This document shows positions 9,940 through 19,909 of a stretch of 64,000 nt of DNA, piece after piece. The translations under genes were made by a program, and so were the position numbers. The stretch is taken from the sequence record LR756504.1, one strand, 5' to 3'. The notes under the pieces are model-generated. The model was not told the origin of the DNA. It made no database searches and worked only from the letters and a program-made list of their open reading frames with translations. Within the stretch, counting starts at the first letter, position 1. Every line of letters begins with the position of its first letter.

Positions 9940-10057
9940 GGATGCCTATTACGTCTAATAGGCAGAGCCTTATGGTCATATCTTACTCCTATGTAATTTG
10001 ATTCACCGAAAAAGTCCTCAGCAAGTGTGCATCTTCATCATAGGTAGAGAGGCATCT
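9940..10057. ncRNA. Candidate structured RNA element between convergent genes
   Basis: GC-richer than flanks; 9-bp hairpin 9943-9964, GATGCCT/AGGCATC long-range pair, CCTATG/CATAGG pair. Confidence 0.35.
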
Positions 10058-10103
10058 AAGGAACTAATAATAAATAAAGCTATTCTAATATTTTTTCTAT
10101 TTT

Positions 10104-10904
10104 CTATTTTCTTCCTAGTCCAAAGTAAGCTCTTAATTTAGATTCATAATCCTTAACTTTTAGTATCTTTGGTTCATCAATTGATGGTGGAATATAAACT
10201 AATGCGCAAGAATCAACGTGAATATCATATTCAGAAAGAATTAATTTATATAAATTTAATTGAATTGAATACTTATTTAATTCATTCTCCCATTCATCAT
10301 GAAATGGTGCTTTAAGTTTTTGCCAACATTTATCAGCATCAGTGGACATTTTAGCATTAGTTTTATAATCTAAAATCATCAATTTACCATTTCTCATAAA
10401 AAGTCCATCAATAGTTCCAGCCAATTTTAATTTTCTTGAAAATATTCTTAATTCTTGTGCAATTGGAATTACATTAGTTAATTTTGATTCATATAATGTT
10501 TCAAATTTATCAATCCTTCTTAGGGTTTCTAAGTCTTCGAAATTATCTCTTGTGATTGTTGATCCAGGTGTAAATTTATTTTCAATATAAAAATGAACAT
10601 TTGTACCCATATCACAAGCAGTATCCCTCTTTTTATCCCATTCGCCAATAATTTCTTTTATTGTCAAATCTAAATCAGGATCATTATCTTTTATTTGCTC
10701 ACGCGAAATACCTCTTTTCTCAGCTATTCTATCTTTAGCTTTTCTCTTACTCCAATATTCAGCATCAAATGGTTCTGAGAAATTTTTAATAAAAGTAGTT
10801 ACTGATGTTAATTTCTCTTTTCCATATGTATAAGCATGTGCTTTTTCATCGAAAACAAAATTATCATCATTAAATATTTTTATTTTGTCTAAAATTTCTT
10901 GCAT
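10104..10904 (-). CDS. PD-(D/E)XK exonuclease (RecB/Cas4-like phage nuclease)
   Basis: SVTT, GTNVH.YIE, ELRIFS, AGTIDGL, ILDYKT, YSIQLNLY. Confidence 0.88.
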   Translation of the reverse strand: MQEILDKIKIFNDDNFVFDEKAHAYTYGKEKLTSVTTFIKNFSEPFDAEYWSKRKAKDRIAEKRGISREQIKDNDPDLDLTIKEIIGEWDKKRDTACDMGTNVHFYIENKFTPGSTITRDNFEDLETLRRIDKFETLYESKLTNVIPIAQELRIFSRKLKLAGTIDGLFMRNGKLMILDYKTNAKMSTDADKCWQKLKAPFHDEWENELNKYSIQLNLYKLILSEYDIHVDSCALVYIPPSIDEPKILKVKDYESKLRAYFGLGRK

Positions 10905-10986
10905 TTTATAAATATTTTACTTTTATACAAGAGAATTAAATTTAGTTTAGTGATAAAACAAAATTAAAATTTAGTATAAATATGCT

Positions 10987-11334
10987 ATGGAAACTATAAT
11001 TATCAACTTAGACAGTGATGAATCATTATCAAATATTGCACAATATAGTTTAACTTGTAATGTTTCAAAATCTAAAAATAGAAAATTTTTTAGAAAATGG
11101 ATTAATGATATTTTTAGTTATGAGGTTAGTGGAAGTCGTGCTAAACATATTATATTTATATGGAATAATGATATTATTGGATTTGGTAATGTGATAATAA
11201 CATCAATAGAAACATATGTTGGTGATGAAAATAGAATGGAAGTTAGTTTAGTATATGATTACAATTTGAATATTAATAATAACTCAGAAATGAAAAGACT
11301 AATGAGAAAAAAAATAATTAATCAATTAATTTAA
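10987..11334 (+). CDS. Short tail-tube-like protein with C-terminal RKKIIxxLI tag
   Basis: FFRKWINDI...ITSI...EVSLVYDY; similar to 5421-5765. Confidence 0.5.
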   Translation: METIIINLDSDESLSNIAQYSLTCNVSKSKNRKFFRKWINDIFSYEVSGSRAKHIIFIWNNDIIGFGNVIITSIETYVGDENRMEVSLVYDYNLNINNNSEMKRLMRKKIINQLI

Positions 11335-11598
11335 TAAATCTGAATCTAAATCAGTATTATAAGGATTGCATTTTTTGAAATAATTCTCAACTTCCCCATC
11401 AAATTTCACATCTGCTCTAATATGACTTTTTATATCTTCGATAGTAATCATACTATCATCAACGTTGATTACTTTATAAGTAGTTCCTCTTTTTAATTTA
11501 TCATCATAATCTTTTATGAATACTATTTCTTCACCTTTTTTGTAATTTAACGCACATTTTGGAGTTTTAAAGCTTTCGAAAGTTTTGATGTGTTTCAT
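11326..11598 (-). CDS. Small protein with capsid-targeting-like N-terminus
   Basis: MKHIKTFESF start. Confidence 0.7.
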   Translation of the reverse strand: MKHIKTFESFKTPKCALNYKKGEEIVFIKDYDDKLKRGTTYKVINVDDSMITIEDIKSHIRADVKFDGEVENYFKKCNPYNTDLDSDLLN

Positions 11599-11600
11599 AA

Positions 11601-12074
11601 TTAAAATCTATTAGTCTTTGTAATTGTTGGTTTTATTTCAAGCCATTCTTTAGCTATATTTATCAAATTGTTTATACATTTTTCATATGTAAGCATTATA
11701 CTCTGTTCTGCGTAAACTTTTTTGATTTTTTTTATGGTAGATTCTATTTTTCTATACGCTTCGATAATTTTAGTATCATCTCTAACTATAACTTTACCAT
11801 CAACATGTTTAATATAAGGTATTACAGCGTTTGTGGTTATAATTTTATTAAATATTTCTGTTACTTTTTCTAATTGATGAACATAGTCTTCGAACATATA
11901 GTCTTCTTGTTCTTTTGAAAGTAAGACATATCTTTTTTCTAATTCATTTGTAGCTGAATATAATTTTATTATTAATTTTTGTACCATAACTTCATCAGTT
12001 TCTTCCTCTCTTTTTTTAAATAATGACATTAATCCTTCATTTAAAAAATCATTAAATTGTAGTATATGTTTCAT
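11601..12074 (-). CDS. Helical protein with capsid-targeting-like N-terminus
   Basis: MKHILQFNDFLNE|G; TTATATATA immediately upstream. Confidence 0.75.
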   Translation of the reverse strand: MKHILQFNDFLNEGLMSLFKKREEETDEVMVQKLIIKLYSATNELEKRYVLLSKEQEDYMFEDYVHQLEKVTEIFNKIITTNAVIPYIKHVDGKVIVRDDTKIIEAYRKIESTIKKIKKVYAEQSIMLTYEKCINNLINIAKEWLEIKPTITKTNRF

Positions 12075-12136
12075 ATAGTATATATAAAAAAAGACTTGAT
12101 ATTTTTAATATATAATAAAAAGTATTAAGATATACT

Positions 12137-12589
12137 ATGAAAAATAAATATGTAAAAGGTTTCGACGATTACAGAAAAGCTATCAAAGAAGGATTAAACA
12201 TTTATGAATTTGAAGATGATGTTCAAGAACCTGTTGCTGATTTAGATACTGAAACTGAAAAAGCAGAAGAAGCACCATCAACAGAAGAAACTCCCATAAC
12301 TGAACCAGAAACTACGGAAGAACCTATTGAAGAACCTGCTGTAGAAGAACCTGCTGTAGAAGAACCAAAGGAAGATGTTTCTGAACCTGTTGCATCTAAT
12401 GATGAAGCTAAACCATTAGATTTTGGTGATAATGGTAATGGTAGTATGTCGGAAGATGAATTGACAACTAAATTGGATTTCATTAGCGGTATTATCGATG
12501 AATATAAAAAACTTATCAAAAAAGGTGATGTTGTGGATACTAATAAAATTCAAACAAAAATACAAAGTGCATTTGATTCGGTATCATAA
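12137..12589 (+). CDS. Acidic E/P-rich protein with capsid-targeting-like N-terminus
   Basis: MKNKYVKGFDDYRKAIKE|G; EEPAV repeats; AATATATA upstream. Confidence 0.75.
   Translation: MKNKYVKGFDDYRKAIKEGLNIYEFEDDVQEPVADLDTETEKAEEAPSTEETPITEPETTEEPIEEPAVEEPAVEEPKEDVSEPVASNDEAKPLDFGDNGNGSMSEDELTTKLDFISGIIDEYKKLIKKGDVVDTNKIQTKIQSAFDSVS
12329..12366 (+). repeat. In-frame 15-nt tandem repeat (EEPAV)
   Basis: GAAGAACCTGCTGTA x2 plus partial third copy. Confidence 0.8.
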
Positions 12590-12592
12590 ATT

Positions 12593-12619
12593 AAAAAGCC
12601 TCTAATTTAGAGGCTTTTT
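12593..12619. terminator. Bidirectional intrinsic terminator
   Basis: AAAAAGCCTCTA-ATT-TAGAGGCTTTTT between convergent genes. Confidence 0.85.
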
Positions 12620-13306
12620 TTATAATATTTCATAAACAATTTCAAAAAATGAATCAATATAACTATTCTCCAATTCATTTAAATTAAACTTCATTTTATC
12701 AAACGGTATTCTATTTAAAGAATCTTTTTTATGTTCAAAAAAAACATCTAATTGATTAAACAATAATTTTTCTAATCTAAATTTTTTTTCATCATCTGTA
12801 ATATCAGGTGATATAATATCTCTTTTTATAGTTATAAGTTCATCAAAGAAAGGAGTGTTAATAAATAATTCTTTTATTTTATCAATTAGATAATAAAACT
12901 TAACGCCAGAGTTTCTAAAAATTTCCTCGTGTTCTTTACCATTATAAACATTAAGGGCTACAACTTCTTTTATATTCTTCCTTGCTATTCTTTTAGCGCA
13001 CATTTTACACGGTGTCATTGTTACAAATAAAATGTGATTCTCTGGATCAATCATATTAGCTTCAATGATAGCATTTTCTTCTGCATGAAGAAATCCTGAT
13101 TCACCAGACACCATAGAATCCCTTTCATTGGGACCACCAGGATAATTACCATTATATCCTATAGCAGCAATTTTAGAAAATTCCTTATTAACTACAATTG
13201 AACCAACTTGATACTTCTTATCATAACTTAAAGATGCAACCCTTTCTGTCATTTTCATAAAAGTAAGATTCTTTAAAATTTTTCTAAGATTGCTATTAGA
13301 TGTCAT
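12620..13306 (-). CDS. dCMP deaminase family protein
   Basis: QVGS.V, IGYNG, HAEENAI, PCKMC zinc motifs. Confidence 0.9.
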   Translation of the reverse strand: MTSNSNLRKILKNLTFMKMTERVASLSYDKKYQVGSIVVNKEFSKIAAIGYNGNYPGGPNERDSMVSGESGFLHAEENAIIEANMIDPENHILFVTMTPCKMCAKRIARKNIKEVVALNVYNGKEHEEIFRNSGVKFYYLIDKIKELFINTPFFDELITIKRDIISPDITDDEKKFRLEKLLFNQLDVFFEHKKDSLNRIPFDKMKFNLNELENSYIDSFFEIVYEIL

Positions 13307-13353
13307 TTAATATCAGAGTTTTTATATATAGAAAAAAGTTATAATAAGTTTTA

Positions 13354-15672
13354 ATGAAATATTTAAAAAGATTTGATTTTTTATTTGAAGGTTTAATTTT
13401 AGAAAAAGTTGTAGTTTGTAGTGATGAATTGGTTAAAATCCTTAAAACTATGGAAAGCCCTGTAGCTAAAACTCTGTTAAAAGCACAGGAAGAGAGTGCT
13501 GATGTAGTTGATAATTCTTATATAGATTTTGATAAGGAAGATGGTTTAGTTTCTTATTTACCTGCTAATAGAGAAATTAACAGAGATAATGGTCAAGAAA
13601 TAGCAGACAAATGGAATGTTAGAGGTAGACAAAAGATTTCTATTGGTAAATTAGCGAAAGCTATAGTAATTAAATTAGGTGTACATTATTCAGAATCAGA
13701 AATAGAGAAATTTGTAAATGAATATAAATCCAAGCAAAAACCAACAAGATTTGTTTTAGCAAAAGACGAAGCATCCATAAAGAAATATTACTACGAAGAT
13801 AATTACGATAGATTTAGTATGGTTGGTGATTCATCTCTTATAAATAGTTGTATGAGAGGCACTAATGCACAAGATTTCTTCTCTATTTACTACAATAATG
13901 ATACACCATGCAAACTTTTAGTTTTATTGAATAATGAAAACAATAAAGTTATGGGTAGAGCCATTATATGGGATAATGTTATCGATAATAATGATAATGG
14001 TAAAATATTTACATTTATGGATAGAATATACACCATTGATTCAGCATTAGAAGAATCATTTAAAGCATATGCAAGAGAAATAGGGTGGTGGTATAAAGAA
14101 ACTCAAAGTAGTGGGAGATATGCTATAACTGATGGTAAAACATCTAAAGAGTTACCGCTTTTAAAAGTTTCTGTACCTAATATAGAATGGGATGCTGTAG
14201 AAATGCCTTATATGGATACGTTTGCATATTTAGGATATGAGTATATAGATGGTAAATTTCAACCATTTTTATATAATGAAGTTTATAAAAGTAGTAAATT
14301 ACATAACTGGTATCTTAAATTTCGTTCTCAATCTGGAGGTAATGAAGAAAAAATCTATTATAACAGAAATAAAGATGTTTTTGGAAATAGAATAATTAAT
14401 CCCAATGCAAAAGTATTAAAAGAATATGATGATTATGTGTGGATGATAGATGACGATAATGATGATTTATTGGATCCAAATAATTTTGAAACTGTTTACA
14501 TATTATTTAAAAAAAATCGAAATGGTATCGGGGATGCTATAGTTGCTTTAGGTATTGATAATACAAATGATGAAGCCGATGGTTTATGTGTGGTAGAAAC
14601 TGCAATATACGAAAATAGATTTGGAGATTACATATCATTTAGTTCAGAAATAGCTGACATAGTTAAACAACAAAATAATCTAATAAAGTACAAAGATTGG
14701 GAATATGATGGTAACTTTAAAATACCAGGACATATAAAAGATCCTGAAATTCTTAATACAATTTTAAATCATACTGATAAACAATGGATAGAGCATGGTA
14801 TAGCTTTATATGAAGCTACCAATAAAGAATGTGCGGAAGTAATATTAAAATATAAACCAGATATTCTAAAAAATAATAATGTTTCCAACTTACTTAGTTT
14901 AATGAAATATGGCTTGATTGAAAATAATAATATTGGCGATAAAATAAAAAAATGTGGTGTATCCGATTTAGTGTATAAAGATGATTTTTTATGGGTTTCA
15001 TTTGAAGAGTATATTCAATTAATTTTTATGTTTAATGATAGTGATAAAGTTTATCACAGAATATCATCAAGAAAATATGCAAAAGATATTTTAAGCGGGA
15101 GTTGGGATTATGGTTATATAGAATATTCTTTAAATGATATTGATTTTTCTACAATAAATGAAAAAAATAGAGAAACTATATTAACATTAATGGAAAATGA
15201 TATTGCTATTATTAAGTCTTGGTTCGAAGAAAATGAACTTGTGTGGAATGATAATTGGAAAGATATATTTAGAAATAATATTTCTGGTAAATTGATACGG
15301 CTAGTTCTTAAAACTGATTATAAAGATATTAGTGATGCTATAAAATATTCTATGAATAATGCACAAGAAAATGCTGATTTAGAACAAGCGTATGATAAAA
15401 TCACAGATAGACTTGTTGATATTACTACTATTGTAATGGATGATGTAGAAAGTGGGCCAAGATTTCAATTTAAATACGAATGGTTAATAGCGGTAAAATA
15501 CGATGATAAAAAAATTCTTAATGCTATAAAACGTTATTATGAAGATTGGGAAGATTTTAATATAGATGAACCACGATTTACTACAGTTAATATTCCGCAT
15601 CGTGGATGGCAGGGTGATGTATCTAATGCTCAATTTAATGAGGAATTACAGTATAGATTAGGAGAAATTTAA
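13354..15672 (+). CDS. Large protein with capsid-targeting-like N-terminus and SCM...RAIIW...DRIY (PcfJ/GNAT-like) domain
   Basis: MKYLKRFDFLFE; NSCMRG, VMGRAIIW, FMDRIY, PYMDTF motifs; fold call is inference. Confidence 0.5.
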   Translation: MKYLKRFDFLFEGLILEKVVVCSDELVKILKTMESPVAKTLLKAQEESADVVDNSYIDFDKEDGLVSYLPANREINRDNGQEIADKWNVRGRQKISIGKLAKAIVIKLGVHYSESEIEKFVNEYKSKQKPTRFVLAKDEASIKKYYYEDNYDRFSMVGDSSLINSCMRGTNAQDFFSIYYNNDTPCKLLVLLNNENNKVMGRAIIWDNVIDNNDNGKIFTFMDRIYTIDSALEESFKAYAREIGWWYKETQSSGRYAITDGKTSKELPLLKVSVPNIEWDAVEMPYMDTFAYLGYEYIDGKFQPFLYNEVYKSSKLHNWYLKFRSQSGGNEEKIYYNRNKDVFGNRIINPNAKVLKEYDDYVWMIDDDNDDLLDPNNFETVYILFKKNRNGIGDAIVALGIDNTNDEADGLCVVETAIYENRFGDYISFSSEIADIVKQQNNLIKYKDWEYDGNFKIPGHIKDPEILNTILNHTDKQWIEHGIALYEATNKECAEVILKYKPDILKNNNVSNLLSLMKYGLIENNNIGDKIKKCGVSDLVYKDDFLWVSFEEYIQLIFMFNDSDKVYHRISSRKYAKDILSGSWDYGYIEYSLNDIDFSTINEKNRETILTLMENDIAIIKSWFEENELVWNDNWKDIFRNNISGKLIRLVLKTDYKDISDAIKYSMNNAQENADLEQAYDKITDRLVDITTIVMDDVESGPRFQFKYEWLIAVKYDDKKILNAIKRYYEDWEDFNIDEPRFTTVNIPHRGWQGDVSNAQFNEELQYRLGEI

Positions 15673-15700
15673 TAATTTTTGAAAAATATTATAGAATTTG

Positions 15701-15731
15701 TTGGTTTTTACTAAAAAATACATTAACTTTG
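15701..15731 (+). promoter_or_regulatory. Bacteroidota housekeeping-sigma promoter
   Basis: TTG 15701-15703, 20-nt spacer, TAACTTTG 15724-15731. Confidence 0.7.
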
Positions 15732-15752
15732 TATCTGTAATTATCAAAGAAT

Positions 15753-16826
15753 ATGGCATTAAAACACATCAAAGATTATAACGCTCATGGTATTTCAGAA
15801 TCAGTTGTAAACTGGATTCAAGTCATTGTTGAAGTGTATTACAAAGAAATGTTGAAGAAGTTTTCTGACACTAAAAATGATACATTCACCAAACATTCAG
15901 CCGATTACTCACTTGTACATAATGTATTTATGGATAAAAAATACATTGAAAAATTTGTACACAAGAATGATATAGTTCTTAAAATGGCGGATAAGTGGAA
16001 TATTAAGTTTAATCTTTATGGACAACTAGATGTTAAGGACTATCCACTTGATATGTCTGCAAACATCATTTTGGACGACAAAACAGTAAATTTGATAGTA
16101 AACTGTAATTTTAATGAAGAAGATTGGAGAGCAATTTTAACAAATGACGATTTTCTCGATGAACTAGAAGATACGTTGGCTTATGAGTTGACTAAATTAA
16201 TAGAAAAATTAAATTTAAAGAAAAACAAGAAGAAAACATTTCATAAAGGATATCAACTTAACGCGATTAAAAACTATTTTAAATCAGGTGTTATAGATGA
16301 TAATGACTATGCAATGATTTATCTACTAACTTGTATAAGTTTGAGTGTTAAACATGAAATTAGTGCAAGGGTAAATCAGTTCTTTCAAGAAGTTGAAAGA
16401 TATGATGTTGAAAACACTCATTCTTTTGAGGATTTTTGGAGAAAATCAATACACTATAAAATTTATGAGGCTTTGAAAAATTTTAATGCAGATGAAATTT
16501 TCAATGAGCTTGTTAAAGTTCATGGTGTGGAATATTTAAAAAATGAAATCATTTTACAATGGGATGAATACGCTAAATCTAACGATGAACTATCGGATGT
16601 TAGAGTCAAAAAGAAGTATATCGATAACCCATTAGAATTTATAAAATATTGGGAATCTGTATTTAAGAGCGCTGCCGAATATTATAGAAGAAAGTGTATG
16701 AAAGCTTACTCAGCACATTTCTCAATGGATGATATTAAGAAGAAACGAGACGAAGAAAGAAAAAAAGAAGAAAAGAAAACACCAACATATAACTATCAAA
16801 GTAATAGTTATGATAATTGGGATTAA
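15753..16826 (+). CDS. Hypothetical protein, capsid-targeting-like start, degenerate zincin-like motif
   Basis: MALKHIKDY...ISE|S; LAYELTKL where HExxH would be expected. Confidence 0.6.
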   Translation: MALKHIKDYNAHGISESVVNWIQVIVEVYYKEMLKKFSDTKNDTFTKHSADYSLVHNVFMDKKYIEKFVHKNDIVLKMADKWNIKFNLYGQLDVKDYPLDMSANIILDDKTVNLIVNCNFNEEDWRAILTNDDFLDELEDTLAYELTKLIEKLNLKKNKKKTFHKGYQLNAIKNYFKSGVIDDNDYAMIYLLTCISLSVKHEISARVNQFFQEVERYDVENTHSFEDFWRKSIHYKIYEALKNFNADEIFNELVKVHGVEYLKNEIILQWDEYAKSNDELSDVRVKKKYIDNPLEFIKYWESVFKSAAEYYRRKCMKAYSAHFSMDDIKKKRDEERKKEEKKTPTYNYQSNSYDNWD

Positions 16827-16836
16827 ATAAGAAATG

Positions 16837-16862
16837 AAAAAGGACTCTTATGAGTCCTTTTT
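16837..16862. terminator. Bidirectional intrinsic terminator
   Basis: AAAAAGGACTC-TTAT-GAGTCCTTTTT. Confidence 0.85.
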
Positions 16863-17354
16863 TCTATTATATGTAATGAATTGTATATTTAATTCAACAT
16901 TCTCTTTTTTATCAAAATCTGTAATATTTTCAATATTGTGTATAGAGAAATTTTTCAATTCATTCTCTAAAAATTTGATATTAGCATCATATTTTCTTTC
17001 ACATTCGACTTTCGTTAATTCTATCACATCTATATAAGGCATAAATAGTTGACAAATTTCAGAACCACCAATAACCCAAATATCCTCTGTTTTAGCCATT
17101 TCAAGAACTGGTATAATTGAATCAAATATCAAATCAGGATTTTTATTTAACTCCATATAAGCCCTTGAAATCACTATATTTGTCCTATTAGGAAGCTTGA
17201 ATGGTAAGCTCTCCCATGTCTTCCTTCCCATAACAACAGTTTTCTTTGATGTTAATTCTTTAAATCTTTTTAAGTCCTTTGCGAAATGGTATTGTAAACT
17301 ATTTTCAAATCCAATACCCCAATTATTATCACATGCTAATATTATACTTATCAT
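16848..17354 (-). CDS. folA: Dihydrofolate reductase
   Basis: IILACD.NWGIG, DLKRFKELT, VVMGRKTWESLP..LPNRTNIVIS, WVIGG. Confidence 0.95.
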   Translation of the reverse strand: MISIILACDNNWGIGFENSLQYHFAKDLKRFKELTSKKTVVMGRKTWESLPFKLPNRTNIVISRAYMELNKNPDLIFDSIIPVLEMAKTEDIWVIGGSEICQLFMPYIDVIELTKVECERKYDANIKFLENELKNFSIHNIENITDFDKKENVELNIQFITYNRKKDS

Positions 17355-17533
17355 TTTAGTAACTCTTTTATAATTTTTTTGCGGTTTTTAATTTTTTCAT
17401 TTCTAATTTGTATTTCCAACTTTTTTATATGCTCTTCAAAAGCATCAGCAGGATAAATTCTACCCGAATTTGCTTGTGGAAACTGTAGAAATATACTTTC
17501 TAATATTATTCTATCGTTCTGACTCGATTTCAT
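17351..17533 (-). CDS. 60-aa protein resembling the gp21 prohead protease N-terminus fused to an RKKIIxxLL tag
   Basis: LESIFLQ...NSGRIYP...EE; ends NRKKIIKELLK; no catalytic His/Ser region. Confidence 0.55.
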   Translation of the reverse strand: MKSSQNDRIILESIFLQFPQANSGRIYPADAFEEHIKKLEIQIRNEKIKNRKKIIKELLK

Positions 17534-17627
17534 TTAAAAGTTCTTTAATTCTTATATTATTTATTGTTATATAGTTTAAAAAATAGAATAGAAATAAAAA
17601 AGTGTTGTATTCCAACACTTTTTTAAC

Positions 17628-17999
17628 TTATTTCTTAATAGCATTTATAATTTTCTCAACTTTTGCTACAGTATCATCCAATACTGCTAAAAATTCACCG
17701 TCAACTTGTGCAAAATTACAACTCTCTAAATCTGAACCTAACACATTTTCCCAATTATCAAATGTTTTTTTACTTTTTATAATTAAACAATCATCGGTAT
17801 AAAAAACTCCAAGTGAAGTAATATCTTTATTACCCACTTCTTTTCTGATGATTTCATATTGTTCAGCAGTAATCTTTTTAATTTCATCTTTACATCCTAA
17901 AAGATTTAAAACATCGGTTTCTTTAGTAGTTAAAGATTCAGTAATTTTTTCTATATTTCTTGTTTCTTCGCTGAAATAAGTGAATTTCTTAATTGACAT
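17628..17999 (-). CDS. Hypothetical protein with capsid-targeting-like N-terminus
   Basis: MSIKKFTYFSEE; AATATATA upstream. Confidence 0.7.
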   Translation of the reverse strand: MSIKKFTYFSEETRNIEKITESLTTKETDVLNLLGCKDEIKKITAEQYEIIRKEVGNKDITSLGVFYTDDCLIIKSKKTFDNWENVLGSDLESCNFAQVDGEFLAVLDDTVAKVEKIINAIKK

Positions 18000-18095
18000 A
18001 TATTCAATATATTTTCTGTATATATTATTTTTTATGCCTAAAAATAAAACAAATTGATATTATTTATTAATAATGTAACTATAATTAATCCGAAT

Positions 18096-18362
18096 ATGAA
18101 TAGACGAAAAACTGAAATAACTAAGCTAAATGAATATTATAAATATCTTAAAAGTTTTGGAAATGATTTAGAGGATATTGAACTAATATGTAAGTATTGT
18201 GACAATATGATTAAAAACTCATCAATACCTTTAAAATTCGTTATGGATAGAGAAACTGATGCGGAATATTATTATTCTATGTTGAGTGTTAAATTTCCAG
18301 ATAAAGTAGACACATTTTCCAAATGGAATAGAAAACAAAGCAAAAATATAAAACAAAAATGA
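18096..18362 (+). CDS. Hypothetical protein
   Basis: ORF, ATG at 18096 preferred. Confidence 0.6.
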   Translation: MNRRKTEITKLNEYYKYLKSFGNDLEDIELICKYCDNMIKNSSIPLKFVMDRETDAEYYYSMLSVKFPDKVDTFSKWNRKQSKNIKQK

Positions 18363-18396
18363 TTTTTTGTTTATAATTAAAAATACTTTTTAGAAA

Positions 18397-18624
18397 ATGA
18401 AAATAAAAGATTTAGTAGAATTCCTAGGATCTTTACCTGAAGAGTTTCAAAACTTTGAACTTGTTATTAGAAGCTTTGGAACAGAAGAAGATAATAATAC
18501 TTATATGTATGATTTACCTATAATTTCTGGATTTGTAGACGAAGAAAATAAAGAGTTATGCTTATTGGATGAAGATAATACGGAATTATATAAAAAATTA
18601 AATGAAGAAAATGAAAATAAATAA
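18397..18624 (+). CDS. Hypothetical acidic protein
   Basis: 75 aa, overlaps nusA start. Confidence 0.7.
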   Translation: MKIKDLVEFLGSLPEEFQNFELVIRSFGTEEDNNTYMYDLPIISGFVDEENKELCLLDEDNTELYKKLNEENENK

Positions 18625-19873
18625 AGAAGAAAATACTTTAGTAAGCTCTTTTGCAGAATTTGCTAAAACAAAGAATATAGATAGACCTACTACAATTAGA
18701 ATTATAGAAGATGTATTTAAAACCATAGTTAAAAAGAAATATGGTGATGATACTAATTTTAATGTAATTGTTAATATAGAAAAGGGTGATTTAGAGATTT
18801 GGAGAAATAGAGAAATTGTCGATGATGAATTCGCAGAAGACAGTTTTGATTACGATGAAAACAAACATATTTCTCATACAGAAGCAATAAAGATTGCTGA
18901 TGATTTTGAAATAGGCGAACAGTGCTCAGAAGAAATTAAAATTGATGATTTCGGTAGAAGAAATGTACTTATAGCAAAACAAGCACTTCTTCAAAAAATA
19001 AAGGATTGGGACAACCACTTATTAACCGAAAGATACGAAGAGCTACTAGGTGAAATAATTCATGGTGAAGTAATTGGTTTTACTAATAATAGAAGTATTA
19101 TAATTCATGATGCTCTTGGTAAAGAACTTATTTTACCTAAAGAAGAACAAATATTTGCAGACAGATATAAAAAAGGTGATACAATTAAAGCATTGGTTCA
19201 TAAAATTGATACTTTTAAAGGTAAACCTGTAATTATTCTATCGAGAACAAATTCTTTATTTTTAGAACGTTTAATGGAGAATGAAATTCCAGAAGTTGGC
19301 GATGGACTAATCTCCATTAAATATGTTGTTAGAGAACCAGGTGAAAAAGCTAAAATATTAGTTGAATCATATGATGATAGAGTAGATCCAGTTGGTGCTT
19401 GTGTTGGTTCAAAAGGAAGTAGAATAAATACTATAGTAAAAGAATTGAGAAATGAGAACATTGATATTATTAACTATACTGAAAATTTCGATTTACTTAT
19501 TCATCGCGTTCTTTCTCCTGCTAAAGTCTCCGATGTAAAAATTGAAGAAAATAAAATAATTGTTTTCTTAAATAACGATCAAGTTCCTTTAGCAATTGGT
19601 AGAAAAGGAGTTAATATTAAATTAGCAAGTAGAATATTAGGTAAAACTGTTGAAATATTCAGAAAAACTGTCGCAATTGACGAAGATGATGTTGATTTAC
19701 AAGAATTTTCTGATGAAATTGAAGCATGGATTATAAACGAATTTAGAAAAGTTGGTTTGGATACAGCTAAACAAATTTTAGCATCTGATAAAAAAGATTT
19801 AATAAAAAGAACTGATTTAGAAGAAGAAACAATAGATGATGTAATACAAATTTTATCAAATGAATTTGAATAG
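18602..19873 (+). CDS. nusA: Transcription termination/antitermination factor NusA
   Basis: NusA N-domain, S1, two KH domains (VREPGEKAKI, VDPVGACVG.KGSRI, AIGRKGVNIKLAS) and Bacteroidota-type C-terminus (DLEEETIDDV). Confidence 0.95.
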   Translation: MKKMKINKEENTLVSSFAEFAKTKNIDRPTTIRIIEDVFKTIVKKKYGDDTNFNVIVNIEKGDLEIWRNREIVDDEFAEDSFDYDENKHISHTEAIKIADDFEIGEQCSEEIKIDDFGRRNVLIAKQALLQKIKDWDNHLLTERYEELLGEIIHGEVIGFTNNRSIIIHDALGKELILPKEEQIFADRYKKGDTIKALVHKIDTFKGKPVIILSRTNSLFLERLMENEIPEVGDGLISIKYVVREPGEKAKILVESYDDRVDPVGACVGSKGSRINTIVKELRNENIDIINYTENFDLLIHRVLSPAKVSDVKIEENKIIVFLNNDQVPLAIGRKGVNIKLASRILGKTVEIFRKTVAIDEDDVDLQEFSDEIEAWIINEFRKVGLDTAKQILASDKKDLIKRTDLEEETIDDVIQILSNEFE

Positions 19874-19882
19874 AATGATAAT

Positions 19883-19905
19883 GGGCGTTGAAAAACGCCC
19901 TTTTT
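19883..19905 (+). terminator. Intrinsic terminator after nusA
   Basis: GGGCGTT-GAAA-AACGCCC-TTTTT. Confidence 0.85.
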
Positions 19906-19909
19906 AATT

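Noticed and set aside
9940-10057. Known riboswitch or hammerhead ribozyme
   Set aside because: No SAM/TPP/cobalamin consensus or CTGATGA...GAAA core recognised; kept only as an unknown structured element
10104-10904. Cas4 / CRISPR system
   Set aside because: Generic PD-(D/E)XK nuclease without the Cas4 Cys cluster; no repeat-spacer array seen in the window
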